Virus record (IMG/VR): IMGVR_UViG_3300014697_000001
Coordinates: 32,001-96,000 of that record
Reading direction: 5' to 3' (one strand)
DNA length: 64,000 bases
From: a virus
Lineage: Duplodnaviria > Caudoviricetes
Shown: one piece after another, positions 36,961 to 47,000 of the stretch
How the letters are laid out: every line of letters begins with the position of its first letter
Numbering within the stretch: the first letter of the stretch is position 1
Translations under genes and position numbers: made by a program
The notes under the pieces: model-generated
Database searches by the model: none
What the model saw: the letters and a program-made list of their open reading frames with translations, nothing else
What the model was told of the DNA's origin: nothing

Positions 36961-37254
36961 ATGATGGTTTCTGTTTCTCCTGCTAATCGAGTGGCGCCCG
37001 GTCACCTCGACAACCGTGAACGCTGGGTGGCTGCCCGCGTAACCGCCTCCCACCTCAACACCTTCTTGAAGCTGATCAAGAACGCCGATCCTGAGATGTA
37101 CAGTGGTGATGAATTTGAATCGGCCAAGCACCTGATGACCCACTTCCAATCCGCCTGCGGTGTATTTATCGACGCTCTACATACCGCAACCAGTGTCGAC
37201 CAACTCATTGAGATCAACGATGAGTTCTACAAAATGGCCTGCGCCAAGTCCTGA
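36961..37254 (+). CDS. hypothetical protein
   Basis: Phage-like codon usage; followed by hairpin 37258-37283. Confidence 0.65.
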   Translation: MMVSVSPANRVAPGHLDNRERWVAARVTASHLNTFLKLIKNADPEMYSGDEFESAKHLMTHFQSACGVFIDALHTATSVDQLIEINDEFYKMACAKS

Positions 37255-37288
37255 CACAGAGCCTGGGGAGTTCCCCAGGCTCTTTATG

Positions 37289-37330
37289 CGATTCGACTTT
37301 TTTTCAACCATACATGATAGCGATGAATAC
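37289..37330 (+). promoter_or_regulatory. putative early promoter
   Basis: CGATTC-N16-TACATGATAGCGATGA. Confidence 0.7.
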
Positions 37331-37359
37331 CCTACCCAGATCTTAAGGAGATCAGTACA

Positions 37360-37527
37360 ATGAAAGCATTACTCACCGTAGTTGCGATTGTAGGTGTTTC
37401 GGCAATCTACGCCTGGAACTGTAAGGACGTCAAAGAAGTCCGCCGCCAAACAGCAGAGCTTAAGAAACGCAACGAACATGACATCGCTGAGCTGGCTAAA
37501 GTCGGCATCCATATCAAGAATTCCTAA
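37360..37527 (+). CDS. 55-aa signal-anchored membrane protein (not in ORF track)
   Basis: TAAGGAG SD; MKALLTVVAIVGVSAIYAWNCKDVKEVRRQ... Confidence 0.75.
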   Translation: MKALLTVVAIVGVSAIYAWNCKDVKEVRRQTAELKKRNEHDIAELAKVGIHIKNS

Positions 37528-37554
37528 CCCCCCTGTTCTTAAGGAGAACACACC

Positions 37555-38238
37555 ATGACTAAGAATATCGCAATCGGCAGCGCCATCGTTGTAGGTCTGG
37601 CAGCAGTTGCAGGCCTTGGCTGGAAGACCCTCAAGGCCCGTAAGGCTTCTAAGGTCACTGCAGCACCGTCCCCATCGGTTACCACTGTCAACACTTCCCC
37701 GAAGGAAGCTGTGGCAACCGGTGAACAGGAGAAGGTCAAATCCACCCTGTCCATTGTCAAACCTGTTGTAGCCGAACCTGTCGCTGCAGAAGAAGTTAAA
37801 GCAGTGGTTCAGGATGATGCCGTCTCCAGTGTCACAGGCACAGACGGTGAAACCATCGCTGCAGTATCTCGCATCCGGGTACCTGAAGCATCCGAAGAAC
37901 CTGCGGTCGACACCACGCCGGCGTTCTGGAGTTTCTTCTACCGCAACATCCGTCGGGAGGAGGTTGTTAACCTGACTGCACAGGACTTCACCAGCAGCAC
38001 CAAGCCCACCCTGGCTAAGGGGTATCACAAGGCCCATATCGAAGGCTTTGATGCCCCGGCTATCGTTCACGTTACCAAAGGCCATGTATCGGCAGTGGTA
38101 CATGTTGGCGGTACTGTGTTCATGGGCTTTAGCACCTCGGGTAGCCGGTTCCCTAAGGCAGTCTCGAGTGAGGCGGATATCGCTGGGACATTCCACCTCG
38201 ATGCCCGCGCCGCTAAGGACTTCCTGAACGGTCGGTGA
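37555..38238 (+). CDS. N-terminally anchored membrane protein
   Basis: IAIGSAIVVGLAAVAGLGW TM segment, low-complexity linker, then a globular domain. Confidence 0.8.
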   Translation: MTKNIAIGSAIVVGLAAVAGLGWKTLKARKASKVTAAPSPSVTTVNTSPKEAVATGEQEKVKSTLSIVKPVVAEPVAAEEVKAVVQDDAVSSVTGTDGETIAAVSRIRVPEASEEPAVDTTPAFWSFFYRNIRREEVVNLTAQDFTSSTKPTLAKGYHKAHIEGFDAPAIVHVTKGHVSAVVHVGGTVFMGFSTSGSRFPKAVSSEADIAGTFHLDARAAKDFLNGR

Positions 38239-38290
38239 GACGGCATAGAGAGGGAGCGCAAGCTCCCTCTCTTAGCTGTTTCTTTTTTCT
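38239..38290. terminator. terminator, near-identical to 43950-44003
   Basis: GACGGCAT-AGAGAGGGAGC-GCAA-GCTCCCTCTCT-TAGCTGTTTCTTTTT. Confidence 0.8.
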
Positions 38291-38295
38291 TTGGT

Positions 38296-38763
38296 TTACC
38301 AGTTCATGGCGGATCTGGCAGAGGAGAGGATGACTTCTTTACGCCCCAGGTATGTCTTAAGATCAACCTGTTTACAATGGTTGATCATGGCGGCTGGAAT
38401 AATCTCCTTTGTCTTATATTCGTGTTTCATGCCATTGTGCAGGTTGTTGACAGCAACCCAGATGTCTTTGTGCCAATCCACCTTATAGAGGTAGACGGTC
38501 AAGGCTTCTATTTCCTTCAGGGTTGGAGGGACATCCTCGAAGATGAACTCCAACGTCCTGCCAGAGGACTTAAAGCGGCTCATGGCGAAGTGTTTCTCCA
38601 CCACCGAGGCTAACCCTTGCGAAATGGCTTCCTCCATCACAGCCGTTGCGTAGAGCCACTCGTTGGATTCGCTCTTATCCCACTCGACTTTAACACCCGT
38701 GTAATGGATACCGGGCTTTAGTTCGGTATGGCGATAACCAGAACCATGGTAAAGATGATGCAT
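38296..38763 (-). CDS. hypothetical protein
   Basis: AAGGGA SD; LYHGS motif; 155 aa. Confidence 0.75.
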   Translation of the reverse strand: MHHLYHGSGYRHTELKPGIHYTGVKVEWDKSESNEWLYATAVMEEAISQGLASVVEKHFAMSRFKSSGRTLEFIFEDVPPTLKEIEALTVYLYKVDWHKDIWVAVNNLHNGMKHEYKTKEIIPAAMINHCKQVDLKTYLGRKEVILSSARSAMNW

Positions 38764-38831
38764 GGTGAATTCCCTTTGTTAAATAAGAAAAAGCTCACCG
38801 ATCCTGTAGAACAGAAACGGACATCGCCCCA

Positions 38832-39362
38832 ATGAAAAAGCTGCTAGTCTTCCGAGAAGGCATGTGCCCAGATTCTCGTGAGGTGGATGATTACCTACAT
38901 GATAGTGAGGTGATCAAGGGTGATTTCATAGACCTCAACCCCGACGACGAGCGTAAATACACGAAGGGTCGAGTGGCCCTCTACGATTCGACCTGGTCGG
39001 TTGTGTTCAAAGACGATCACCTCTATGACCACTGGCACCTGGTGGGTGAAGGCACTCGACTCTATGCCTTCGATGAGGATACCTTTAAGGCCACCAACAC
39101 ATTACTCGAACCTTACCGCGAACACCTCTTACTGACCGCGGTGTTACACAAGAACAATGCAATCACGCTCATCTACCGAGCGGGTAAGGGCATGTCTCAT
39201 CTACTGGACATGCACATGTCATTTATCCTCGACAGTTTTAACGATGGAGCCTACACCTATGTCATTCCTAGTGCAGATGTGGCTGCTGCTGCTTTATCCG
39301 ATTCGAAAGCGAAGGCTGCTCAAGACACTGAGAAGGACGATAAAAGCCACCGTCCTAAATGA
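38832..39362 (+). CDS. hypothetical protein
   Basis: 176-aa ORF. Confidence 0.75.
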   Translation: MKKLLVFREGMCPDSREVDDYLHDSEVIKGDFIDLNPDDERKYTKGRVALYDSTWSVVFKDDHLYDHWHLVGEGTRLYAFDEDTFKATNTLLEPYREHLLLTAVLHKNNAITLIYRAGKGMSHLLDMHMSFILDSFNDGAYTYVIPSADVAAAALSDSKAKAAQDTEKDDKSHRPK

Positions 39363-39837
39363 GACCACGTATTTTGTCTACATGGACCTGCGGGGTCATT
39401 ACGGTTCATCGTACGCATTCAGTCAATTAAAGCAAGCCACGTACGACATGCTCCTTGACATGTACAGGCGCAAGCACCTACATAACGAGTTTTATCGTCA
39501 GCAGGTGCCGCGCTGGATAGACGAGTGGTTTGAGCGGATGTCTTGTCAAGGCAGTTACGTCTATCAACCCGGTCGGGATAAGCACGTTTACCATCTACCT
39601 AAAGCCCGACCTGCGCGGCGCATTTTTCTGCTGGTGGGTGACACCGTTCTTAATCAGCTGGGCGATACACCGGTTGAACGGTTTGAACTGTCAAACATGC
39701 TCTTCGACATTCTTGGCCGAAAGGCCAGTGAGGATGTAGCCACCGTTGTATTCGCCGACGGTGATCGGATCGTTAATCTATTCAAGTTAAAAACAACTGG
39801 CCAAGTGCCATCATATGACAGACCTAATAACGTCTGA
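39277..39837 (+). CDS. hypothetical protein (start uncertain)
   Basis: ORF with protein-like composition from MWLLLLYP. Confidence 0.65.
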   Translation: MWLLLLYPIRKRRLLKTLRRTIKATVLNETTYFVYMDLRGHYGSSYAFSQLKQATYDMLLDMYRRKHLHNEFYRQQVPRWIDEWFERMSCQGSYVYQPGRDKHVYHLPKARPARRIFLLVGDTVLNQLGDTPVERFELSNMLFDILGRKASEDVATVVFADGDRIVNLFKLKTTGQVPSYDRPNNV

Positions 39838-39881
39838 TGGTGTTACAAATCCATTTTAATGCACTGAAGGAAATGTCCAAC

Positions 39882-40289
39882 ATGACCACCGCTACCAAGA
39901 AAGGCACTGCCGCTAAACCGGCTACCAAGGCCCCAGCCAAGAAGCCCGCCGCTACCAAAGCAGCCCCGAAAGCCCCCGCCAAGAAGCCGGTGGCTACCAA
40001 GCCCGCCGCAGCAAAAACTGCTCGCAAGCCGGTTGCAAAGCCTGCTGCCAAAGCTCCGGCCAAGAAGCCTGCACCGAAGGTCAAAGCCACCGTCATGGCT
40101 CTGGACCTGACCGAACTCCTGAAAGCTTTCGCTGCCGGTGGTAAGTCGCCGCGTAACGTGCGCCTGCCTGGCAGCGTCGATGTGAACGTCAAGGCTGCAC
40201 TGATCGCTGAAGCCAAGCGCCTGAAGATCTCGGTCTCGGCACTGACCTCGGCAATCGTGACCCAGTACATCGCCACGCTGTCTGCCTGA
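39882..40289 (+). CDS. histone H1/AlgP-like K/P/A-rich protein with C-terminal ribbon-helix-helix-like domain
   Basis: APAKKPAA repeats, then LPGSVDVNVKAALIAEAKRLKISVSALTSAIVTQYI. Confidence 0.75.
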   Translation: MTTATKKGTAAKPATKAPAKKPAATKAAPKAPAKKPVATKPAAAKTARKPVAKPAAKAPAKKPAPKVKATVMALDLTELLKAFAAGGKSPRNVRLPGSVDVNVKAALIAEAKRLKISVSALTSAIVTQYIATLSA

Positions 40290-40371
40290 CCAAACGGGAG
40301 AGCTTCGGCTCTCCCCTTATGCCGGCTCGACGGTACCATTGTATGTCTTTATCTATCGGTGAGATTTCATT

Positions 40372-40887
40372 ATGTGGACAAGACTTATAGCAGCAGTTGG
40401 TTTGAAAGGTATACTGGTCGGTCTTCTGGTAGCGGGGGTTGCCTCCACGTTCATCTACTGGGTGAACTGGACCGTTGAGGCCAATCGGACCCTGGTAAGC
40501 AATGCAGAGACCATCAAACAACACGAAGAGACCATCAACACCCTTCGTGGCGAGATACAGCAGTACCTCCAGGAAAACCACCAGCTAGAGGAGAAGTTCT
40601 ATCAGATAGAACAATCTCAGAGTGACCTTCTCTGCGCAGCCCGTTACGGTCAACCCGTCCAGGACAGTACGGTGCAGTTACCTCTGGTCAAAGAAGTTGT
40701 GGTCTACCGGGACCGGATGAGCAAATGCCCTACGCTTGACATCAATCAGGCTGAAGTGACGGACTCACTGGGCACTGCACTACGACCGTCAAATGAGCAG
40801 ATCGCTGTAAAGGTTCTTGAGAACTCTTGGGAGGCATTCTGCATCGCCAATAAACAGGAGCATCCCTCATGCTTACCTACCCAATAA
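40372..40887 (+). CDS. i-spanin (Rz-like)
   Basis: N-terminal TM helix, coiled coil and Cys residues; overlaps the lipoprotein gene. Confidence 0.7.
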   Translation: MWTRLIAAVGLKGILVGLLVAGVASTFIYWVNWTVEANRTLVSNAETIKQHEETINTLRGEIQQYLQENHQLEEKFYQIEQSQSDLLCAARYGQPVQDSTVQLPLVKEVVVYRDRMSKCPTLDINQAEVTDSLGTALRPSNEQIAVKVLENSWEAFCIANKQEHPSCLPTQ

Positions 40888-41213
40888 AGGCTCACAGTAA
40901 CAACCCGTTTAACCGATTCGTGATGTTCAGTACTCCGTACTCCCCCAAGCGCCCTAAACGCAGTCGGTGGTGGCTGTTGCTACTGTTTGTGGCCGTGGTC
41001 ACCCTACCGGGGTGTACAGCCAGGTACCTGGCTGTACCTGAATGTGAGATCACCTCGCCTCCGGATGCCGACCGCTACCTGCAAGCTGTCCCAGATGAGC
41101 GTTTGATCATGATGAGCAGTGCCTACATTGCTCAGGTCAAACAAACAGCCAGCTGCAACAAGAAGATACGTCTGGTCAATGCTGGCAATAAAGCACGTGA
41201 CACCCTCGATTGA
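40869..41213 (+). CDS. o-spanin (Rz1-like lipoprotein)
   Basis: Lipobox LLLLFVAVVTLPG-C. Confidence 0.7.
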   Translation: MLTYPIKAHSNNPFNRFVMFSTPYSPKRPKRSRWWLLLLFVAVVTLPGCTARYLAVPECEITSPPDADRYLQAVPDERLIMMSSAYIAQVKQTASCNKKIRLVNAGNKARDTLD

Positions 41214-41254
41214 CCCTATAGAGAGGAGCCAACGGGCTCCTCTCTATGCCGTCT

Positions 41255-41296
41255 CGATTCCAATTTATTACAACGATACATGATAGCGGTGAATGC
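41255..41296 (+). promoter_or_regulatory. putative early promoter
   Basis: CGATTC-N16-TACATGATAGCGGTGA. Confidence 0.7.
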
Positions 41297-41324
41297 ATCA
41301 CCGAGTTCTTAAGGAGAACTGATC

Positions 41325-41495
41325 ATGAACGTCAAAGCCATTTCTGTCATCGCTATTGCCGCTGCCGCTATCGGTTACTGCAGTTACAGGCAGTATAAGA
41401 AGTTCAAAAGCGAGACCCCTCTTTCGGCGGAACAAGCCGCTGAAGTTCAACGCATCCTTGACCCGGTTGCCGAGATTGTCAAACCCAGTCGTTAA
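41325..41495 (+). CDS. 56-aa signal-anchored membrane protein (not in ORF track)
   Basis: TAAGGAG SD; MNVKAISVIAIAAAAIGYCSYRQYKKFK... Confidence 0.75.
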   Translation: MNVKAISVIAIAAAAIGYCSYRQYKKFKSETPLSAEQAAEVQRILDPVAEIVKPSR

Positions 41496-41526
41496 CTACC
41501 CCCCAGCGTTCTAAGGAGAACGTGCC

Positions 41527-41799
41527 ATGAACGTGGCTGCTGTATACACCGGACACTCCAGTGAAAGTGTCCTAAAAGTCTACCGGGAGATTCAACGACT
41601 CCCACTGACCGAAGCCCATGCCGAACAGATCGAAGCCATCAAGGCACATGTCGATGTCCTGGTGACACAAGCCAGTCAGTGCATCGATCCTGTGGTTGGT
41701 GATAAGTTGTTAGCGTTGGCCCATAACCGTGTTCTTGAGATTGAACGTCTTATCGAGGAGAATGACCGTGTCCAATATTTCGGTAGTAGCTGCATTTAA
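41527..41799 (+). CDS. hypothetical early protein
   Basis: TAAGGAG SD. Confidence 0.75.
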   Translation: MNVAAVYTGHSSESVLKVYREIQRLPLTEAHAEQIEAIKAHVDVLVTQASQCIDPVVGDKLLALAHNRVLEIERLIEENDRVQYFGSSCI

Positions 41800-42106
41800 A
41801 CTCACCATTGGCGTGTGGGTTGATGACATGTTCTTCATGCAAGACTACAATGGTGAAGGATATGTACCCGACCGGATCGAGATTCATAATGACGCCGGTG
41901 AAGCAGTGGTGAAGGTCATTGACGAGAACGATCAAGTCATCTACACCAAGCCCACTCATTATTCGTTCGACAAGATAGTCACCTACGCCGAGGCACTGCA
42001 CGAGCTACCTATCTTTACAAAGCTGGACGAACCCGAACCAAGCCATCAAGCCTGTGTCGAGACTACAGACCAAGTCATCACCCTACGCGCCCCATCGCGC
42101 ACCTGA
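41762..42106 (+). CDS. hypothetical early protein
   Basis: ORF within the operon; start uncertain. Confidence 0.65.
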   Translation: MTVSNISVVAAFKLTIGVWVDDMFFMQDYNGEGYVPDRIEIHNDAGEAVVKVIDENDQVIYTKPTHYSFDKIVTYAEALHELPIFTKLDEPEPSHQACVETTDQVITLRAPSRT

Positions 42107-42131
42107 CCCCGATCTTAAGGAGATCATGACC

Positions 42132-42800
42132 ATGAACACTTATTCTTTCGTCATCAGCCACGATGACCTGCTCGAAGCCCGTATCAACACCACCGAGCCT
42201 TTCTCCGGCCTCTTTATCACCAAACTGCCAAGCTTTGATACCGAGCTTGGATATGAAGTCCGTGGAACCGAACTGATCGTCAAGTACGAAGAAGTCGATG
42301 GTGAACGCCTCCTACTTACCACAGGGAGCTACTACGCACAAGAGACTCCGTTACCAACTATCTACGGAATCGTCCTGAAATTACACGGCTTACGTACCCT
42401 GCGGGTTGGGAACAATCCAGTTGTGGTGGCAGATGTACATGTCAACAGTCCGGATGACTTCTACGTCACTCGCCGTAATGCCGGCGGGTTAGTCGAGAAC
42501 CATCCCGTCAAAGGCGATGTGTTCACCTACAAGGAAGGCTTTGGTTACACCACTCTCACCGAATCGGCCATTGATGATCTATACCGCAAGTATGTTCATC
42601 TGGGACATGGTGCCTTTATCCCAGGATGCTATCTGGTCCGCTTTGGCTCGGTAGTCGATAACGGCTCGGTGCTCTACGTGCCACTTGCATGGTTGTTCCA
42701 CGACCCTCTGGTGGCCCAGGCCCATTTCCCGACCATCGATACCGACCTCTGGAAGATGAAAGCCGATATGTTTTCCCTTAACTACGATGGGGGTGAGTGA
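42132..42800 (+). CDS. hypothetical early protein
   Basis: TAAGGAG SD. Confidence 0.8.
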   Translation: MNTYSFVISHDDLLEARINTTEPFSGLFITKLPSFDTELGYEVRGTELIVKYEEVDGERLLLTTGSYYAQETPLPTIYGIVLKLHGLRTLRVGNNPVVVADVHVNSPDDFYVTRRNAGGLVENHPVKGDVFTYKEGFGYTTLTESAIDDLYRKYVHLGHGAFIPGCYLVRFGSVVDNGSVLYVPLAWLFHDPLVAQAHFPTIDTDLWKMKADMFSLNYDGGE

Positions 42801-43087
42801 TGAACGTCTACCATGAACCCAATGGCCTTCTCTTCCGCAAGTTGGAAGGGGAGGCCGGGATCAGCTATGTCGCCATCGATCCAGACGAGGTGGATGGCAA
42901 CCTTACAGGCCTGCTTGTCCGTCACGGCTCGCCCGAATCGGGCTGTGGCTATTATCCCGCTAGTCTGGTAATGGCTGACTCTGAACTGCGTGAAAAAGTA
43001 GCGGCTGTGAAAGGTCGACGGAAACCCAGTGAACGCTGGATAGACCAGATTAAAAACCGCCTAATCGAATCGGGCATCCTTCATTGA
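42797..43087 (+). CDS. hypothetical early protein
   Basis: GTGA/TGATG overlap. Confidence 0.7.
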   Translation: MMNVYHEPNGLLFRKLEGEAGISYVAIDPDEVDGNLTGLLVRHGSPESGCGYYPASLVMADSELREKVAAVKGRRKPSERWIDQIKNRLIESGILH

Positions 43088-43102
43088 TACAGGAGCAACA
43101 CC

Positions 43103-43624
43103 ATGCCGTACGCCATTTACACCATCGAAAGTAAGGAACCAAGTTATCTCATGGCGAATCCATTCACCATGAACTCGGAACCGATCGTCGACATGCGTTT
43201 CATCACCATGGCAAAAGACCCCTCTGGAGTCATGGCGGATCTCGTCAAGTTCATCAGCGACATGATCGACAACCGGCTCCGCGATGGTTTTGATGACGAT
43301 CCAAGCGAGATCGACAATGTTGGGGAACTCACCATGGTCATGCATGATCGGTTCATGACCCTGACGTCAATCCTGGCCGGGATCAAACTGACGCCTGTGT
43401 ATGTCCTCGATGATAACGAGGCGGCCATGGTGGATCAGGCCATTGAGCTGCTGGCCAAGTGTGAGGCGATCAATCGAGATCCCTCAGCAACCGACCGTCG
43501 CGTGTATGGTGGTAAAATACGCGACCTCAGAAGAGCCATGTTGGTGAGGCTGTCCAACTCCTCACTAGACCCTTCCGAACACGCTAACGAAAACCTTTCC
43601 GCTGCAATCCAACAACTGCTGTAA
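43103..43624 (+). CDS. hypothetical early protein
   Basis: AGGAGCAACACC-ATGCCGTA start context shared with 43648. Confidence 0.8.
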   Translation: MPYAIYTIESKEPSYLMANPFTMNSEPIVDMRFITMAKDPSGVMADLVKFISDMIDNRLRDGFDDDPSEIDNVGELTMVMHDRFMTLTSILAGIKLTPVYVLDDNEAAMVDQAIELLAKCEAINRDPSATDRRVYGGKIRDLRRAMLVRLSNSSLDPSEHANENLSAAIQQLL

Positions 43625-43647
43625 CCCATAACCCAAGGAGCAACACC

Positions 43648-43944
43648 ATGCCGTATAAAGCCATTGCTAAAACCATCATCGAAGCCATCGAAGCCCGTGT
43701 CAAGGCTAACATCGCGGTCGGTAATTTCGGTACCATCAACTTGACCATGTCCGATAGCGAACTGAAGAACCGCATGGGGCTCGAGCGCCTGAAGACCATT
43801 ACCCGCAAGCGCCTGATCGCCAGCCTCTGCGCTGCCGATTATATCGTTAGTGATGATGGTGAGGAGATCACCATCGAAGTAGATGTAGCCTCGCGCTACA
43901 CCGATTTCGAGAGCCTTGAGGATCTCCTCGAATCGCTCGAATAA
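43648..43944 (+). CDS. hypothetical early protein
   Basis: AAGGAG SD. Confidence 0.8.
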   Translation: MPYKAIAKTIIEAIEARVKANIAVGNFGTINLTMSDSELKNRMGLERLKTITRKRLIASLCAADYIVSDDGEEITIEVDVASRYTDFESLEDLLESLE

Positions 43945-43949
43945 CCGGT

Positions 43950-44003
43950 GACGGCATAGGGAGGGAGCTTGCGCTCCCTCCCTTAGCTGTTTCTTTTTTC
44001 TTT
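43950..44003. terminator. terminator at a convergent junction
   Basis: AGGGAGGGAGC-TTGC-GCTCCCTCCCT-TAGCTGTTTCTTTTTT. Confidence 0.8.
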
Positions 44004-44004
44004 G

Positions 44005-47000
44005 TTACTTGATTGAACGATCAATCCATTTGATGATGGCTTTAGCTGTGGGGTAGACTTCGATCATTTCGGTGAGGCTGAGCGTCCACATCTCAGGCTC
44101 GCGTTGGTGATAAAAGCGCTCCCAGTAGGCTTCATCGAGTTTCCGATCGGTGACGTACAGCCAGTCATTGAACTCGTTACCATCCTTGAAATCGAGCCAA
44201 GGGATAAATCCAATGGATGGGTCCCATTTCTTATCAGTTAGCATTGCTTTGACAAGCTGAGCTGCTTCTAACACCTGCGTGGCATTTAGTGCAGGGAGTG
44301 TTTCAGCAGCTACTAACTCCGGGACAGTTCGAACAACAGGCGTACCTTTAACAACCTCTACCTTAAGGTTCTTCAGAGACGTTCCTTCGAACTTCGGAAA
44401 GCGCTTCATGGGATCGGGGAGAGCGTCGAACTCGTTAACTGATTTTCGAACGAAATCCAGAATAGACTCGGTGTCTCCGGCGCTCTTCTCCCAGTGCTTC
44501 ACAGTGCGGTTGTGAATTTCCTGGACCTTGTCGTTCAATGGCCCAAGCACACCCATCCATGCCTTGGTGTGACGAGCGACTCTACCGTGAGCCTTTATCA
44601 CATTGCCCAGTGGACTGTCCCCTAACTTACCATCCAACATGAAGTACGTCGAAATATCCTTCGCAGGCACATCCCCTTCAACATATTTCTGCTTGTCAAG
44701 CCAGGTTCGACTCAGATAGGTTTTGTTCATCTCCTCCATGAACCGCTTGAGTTTATTAGCATGTTCGTATCTGAGGTATTCGCTATCGTCGTCCTTGTAC
44801 TTGGGTTTCTTGGGTCTAAGCAAGCCACCTAAGAGATCGGACAACCCTTCAAACGACACGGTGTCCTCGCCACCATCCCTTACGTCGATTGGCAGTTCGA
44901 GTTTCACCCTGTCGATAAATCGCTCAGCATCGCCCAGGGTAGCCGCTGGATTCTCCACCAAAGACTCCAGCGATGCCTCTAGATCATCCGGAGCACTGAC
45001 CCCGAGGATAGCCTCGACTTGAGATTTACTCCATGCCATGATGTCCTTAGAGCGCGTCGAGATGTTCGGCTCTGCACCGGTATCCAGATACGTCTCCCAG
45101 ACATGGCAGCGATGCTTCTGTCCGATTCGGTCAACACGGGCAATGGTCTGCGTCCGTTCGTAATCACGGAACGGGGCATTGGTGAACACAACTGTGTTTG
45201 CCATGGTCAACGGTACAGCTGTCGACAGGGACTTGAAGGTTGCCACCAGAGGATTGATGTCGTCGTCATTCTCAAACCGCTTGACGATGTTCGGCAAGTC
45301 CTTGTTGGTCTCCCCGTACACCAGCAGGGGTTTATACCCCGCCTTCGTCAGCAGGCTCTCAAGCTCCTTGACCACTTCCACGTAACTGGTAAAGATCACC
45401 GTTTTGGTGGTCGCGTTGTCGATGATCTCATCCAAGGGCATGTTGGGTAGCATGTCCAGGTGACACTGGATGCGCAGACGCCCCAATACCTGAGACAACG
45501 CCTCACCCATGACCCTGAGGTCAACGTACTTGATGATGGCACGGACATTCAAGAACGGTTTGCGGTACCGTTCAGGTAGCGAGGGAACAATGGTCTTCAG
45601 CTCGTACCGGTTACAGTACATCACCAGATCCTTCATGGTAACCGGATCATACCCCTTGCGAAGTTGAGCCACGCCACGTCGGTATTCAGAGAACGCTGCG
45701 GAGGCCATTCCGCCCTTTACAGTCTGCCCGTGAAGCTCCATGCAAGTCGCGTAGAGTTTTTCATACTCCGGCATCCCCTTTCGGTAGAAGGCCAAACGCT
45801 CATCGATAAACTTGCTCATCTTCTCGCGGACACTGGTCAGGGTATATTCCGATGAGTTGTTCATCGGTACCTTGATCTCATGGTAATCCACACCCGGAGT
45901 CTCGATGTCAGCTTTCACCACTTTGAAGGAGACAATACCGATTCGGTTAGCCAAGATCTCAATCGCCCGCTTAGCCTCCTTGCCAAATATCTTACGGAAG
46001 GACCCTTGTACTTCAGGAGTGAAGTCATTACAGATCGTCGCCAGCAGGGTGATGGCTTCAGAACCCATGGCCTTGAACGGCGTACCCGATGCATGGATCA
46101 CATCTCGGGCCTTGAGGGTCTGGCAGAGCTGGATCAGCAGGTTGGTCCGGTTGGACTGCTCGTTGAAGTTGTGCGATTCGTCGATCCCTACATAGACCTT
46201 GCCGAAGCTGCCTTTGTTAGCCCCGACGAAGGCCAAGAACTTCTCCAGATAATCGTAATGGACGATGTAGTACTTCTTGCCCAGAGTCAATTCCTCTCCA
46301 CTCAGGCTGTGCCAGTACTCTGGCGTCTGCTTGAAGAGTACCTTGATGGTTTTGACCCAGACGTCAAACACAGAGTTCTTCGGCACAACGAGCACTGAGG
46401 TGTCAGCCCCTAAGCAATGGGCCGTGGCGTATTGCGAGATCGTGTTATGGGTGACAATGAAGTCATCGGTGATGTACAGGTGTTTCGGATGATCCACCCT
46501 GATACATTGCGCCTCTTCCTGACCGACGAGCTTGATTGACTTAACACGTAGTTTGAGCGTTGCAGCATACTGTCCATCGTCTTTACAACGTTCCTGTTTG
46601 CGTTTTAACCTGAACAGTTCGGATGGTTTGGAGTGACGAATGTTGACTTGATATGCAGGGCGGCCATTTCGCGTCTCGCCGTTGTAAGTATAAGTCGGTT
46701 TCCGAACAGCGATCCTGGCGATACCACCCAGACTGCGAACCAGATACTGCACACCTTCCGCCAATTGCTTACTACTGGAGCAAAATGAGACGGTCCCTTG
46801 CTGATCCGAAGTTCCATCGGTGTCCATGAGGCCTTGAAGAAGACTCAGGCGTTGTGTCCGGGAACCCTGGAGATACTCACTAGGAATATGTTTTTCGTGA
46901 GAATACTTACCAAATAATCCAAGTTCTCTAACTATCCGTCTCAGTACATTGTCGCCGCGCTCAACACCCACAATGCTGTAGTCGATTTCAGTTATACGTT

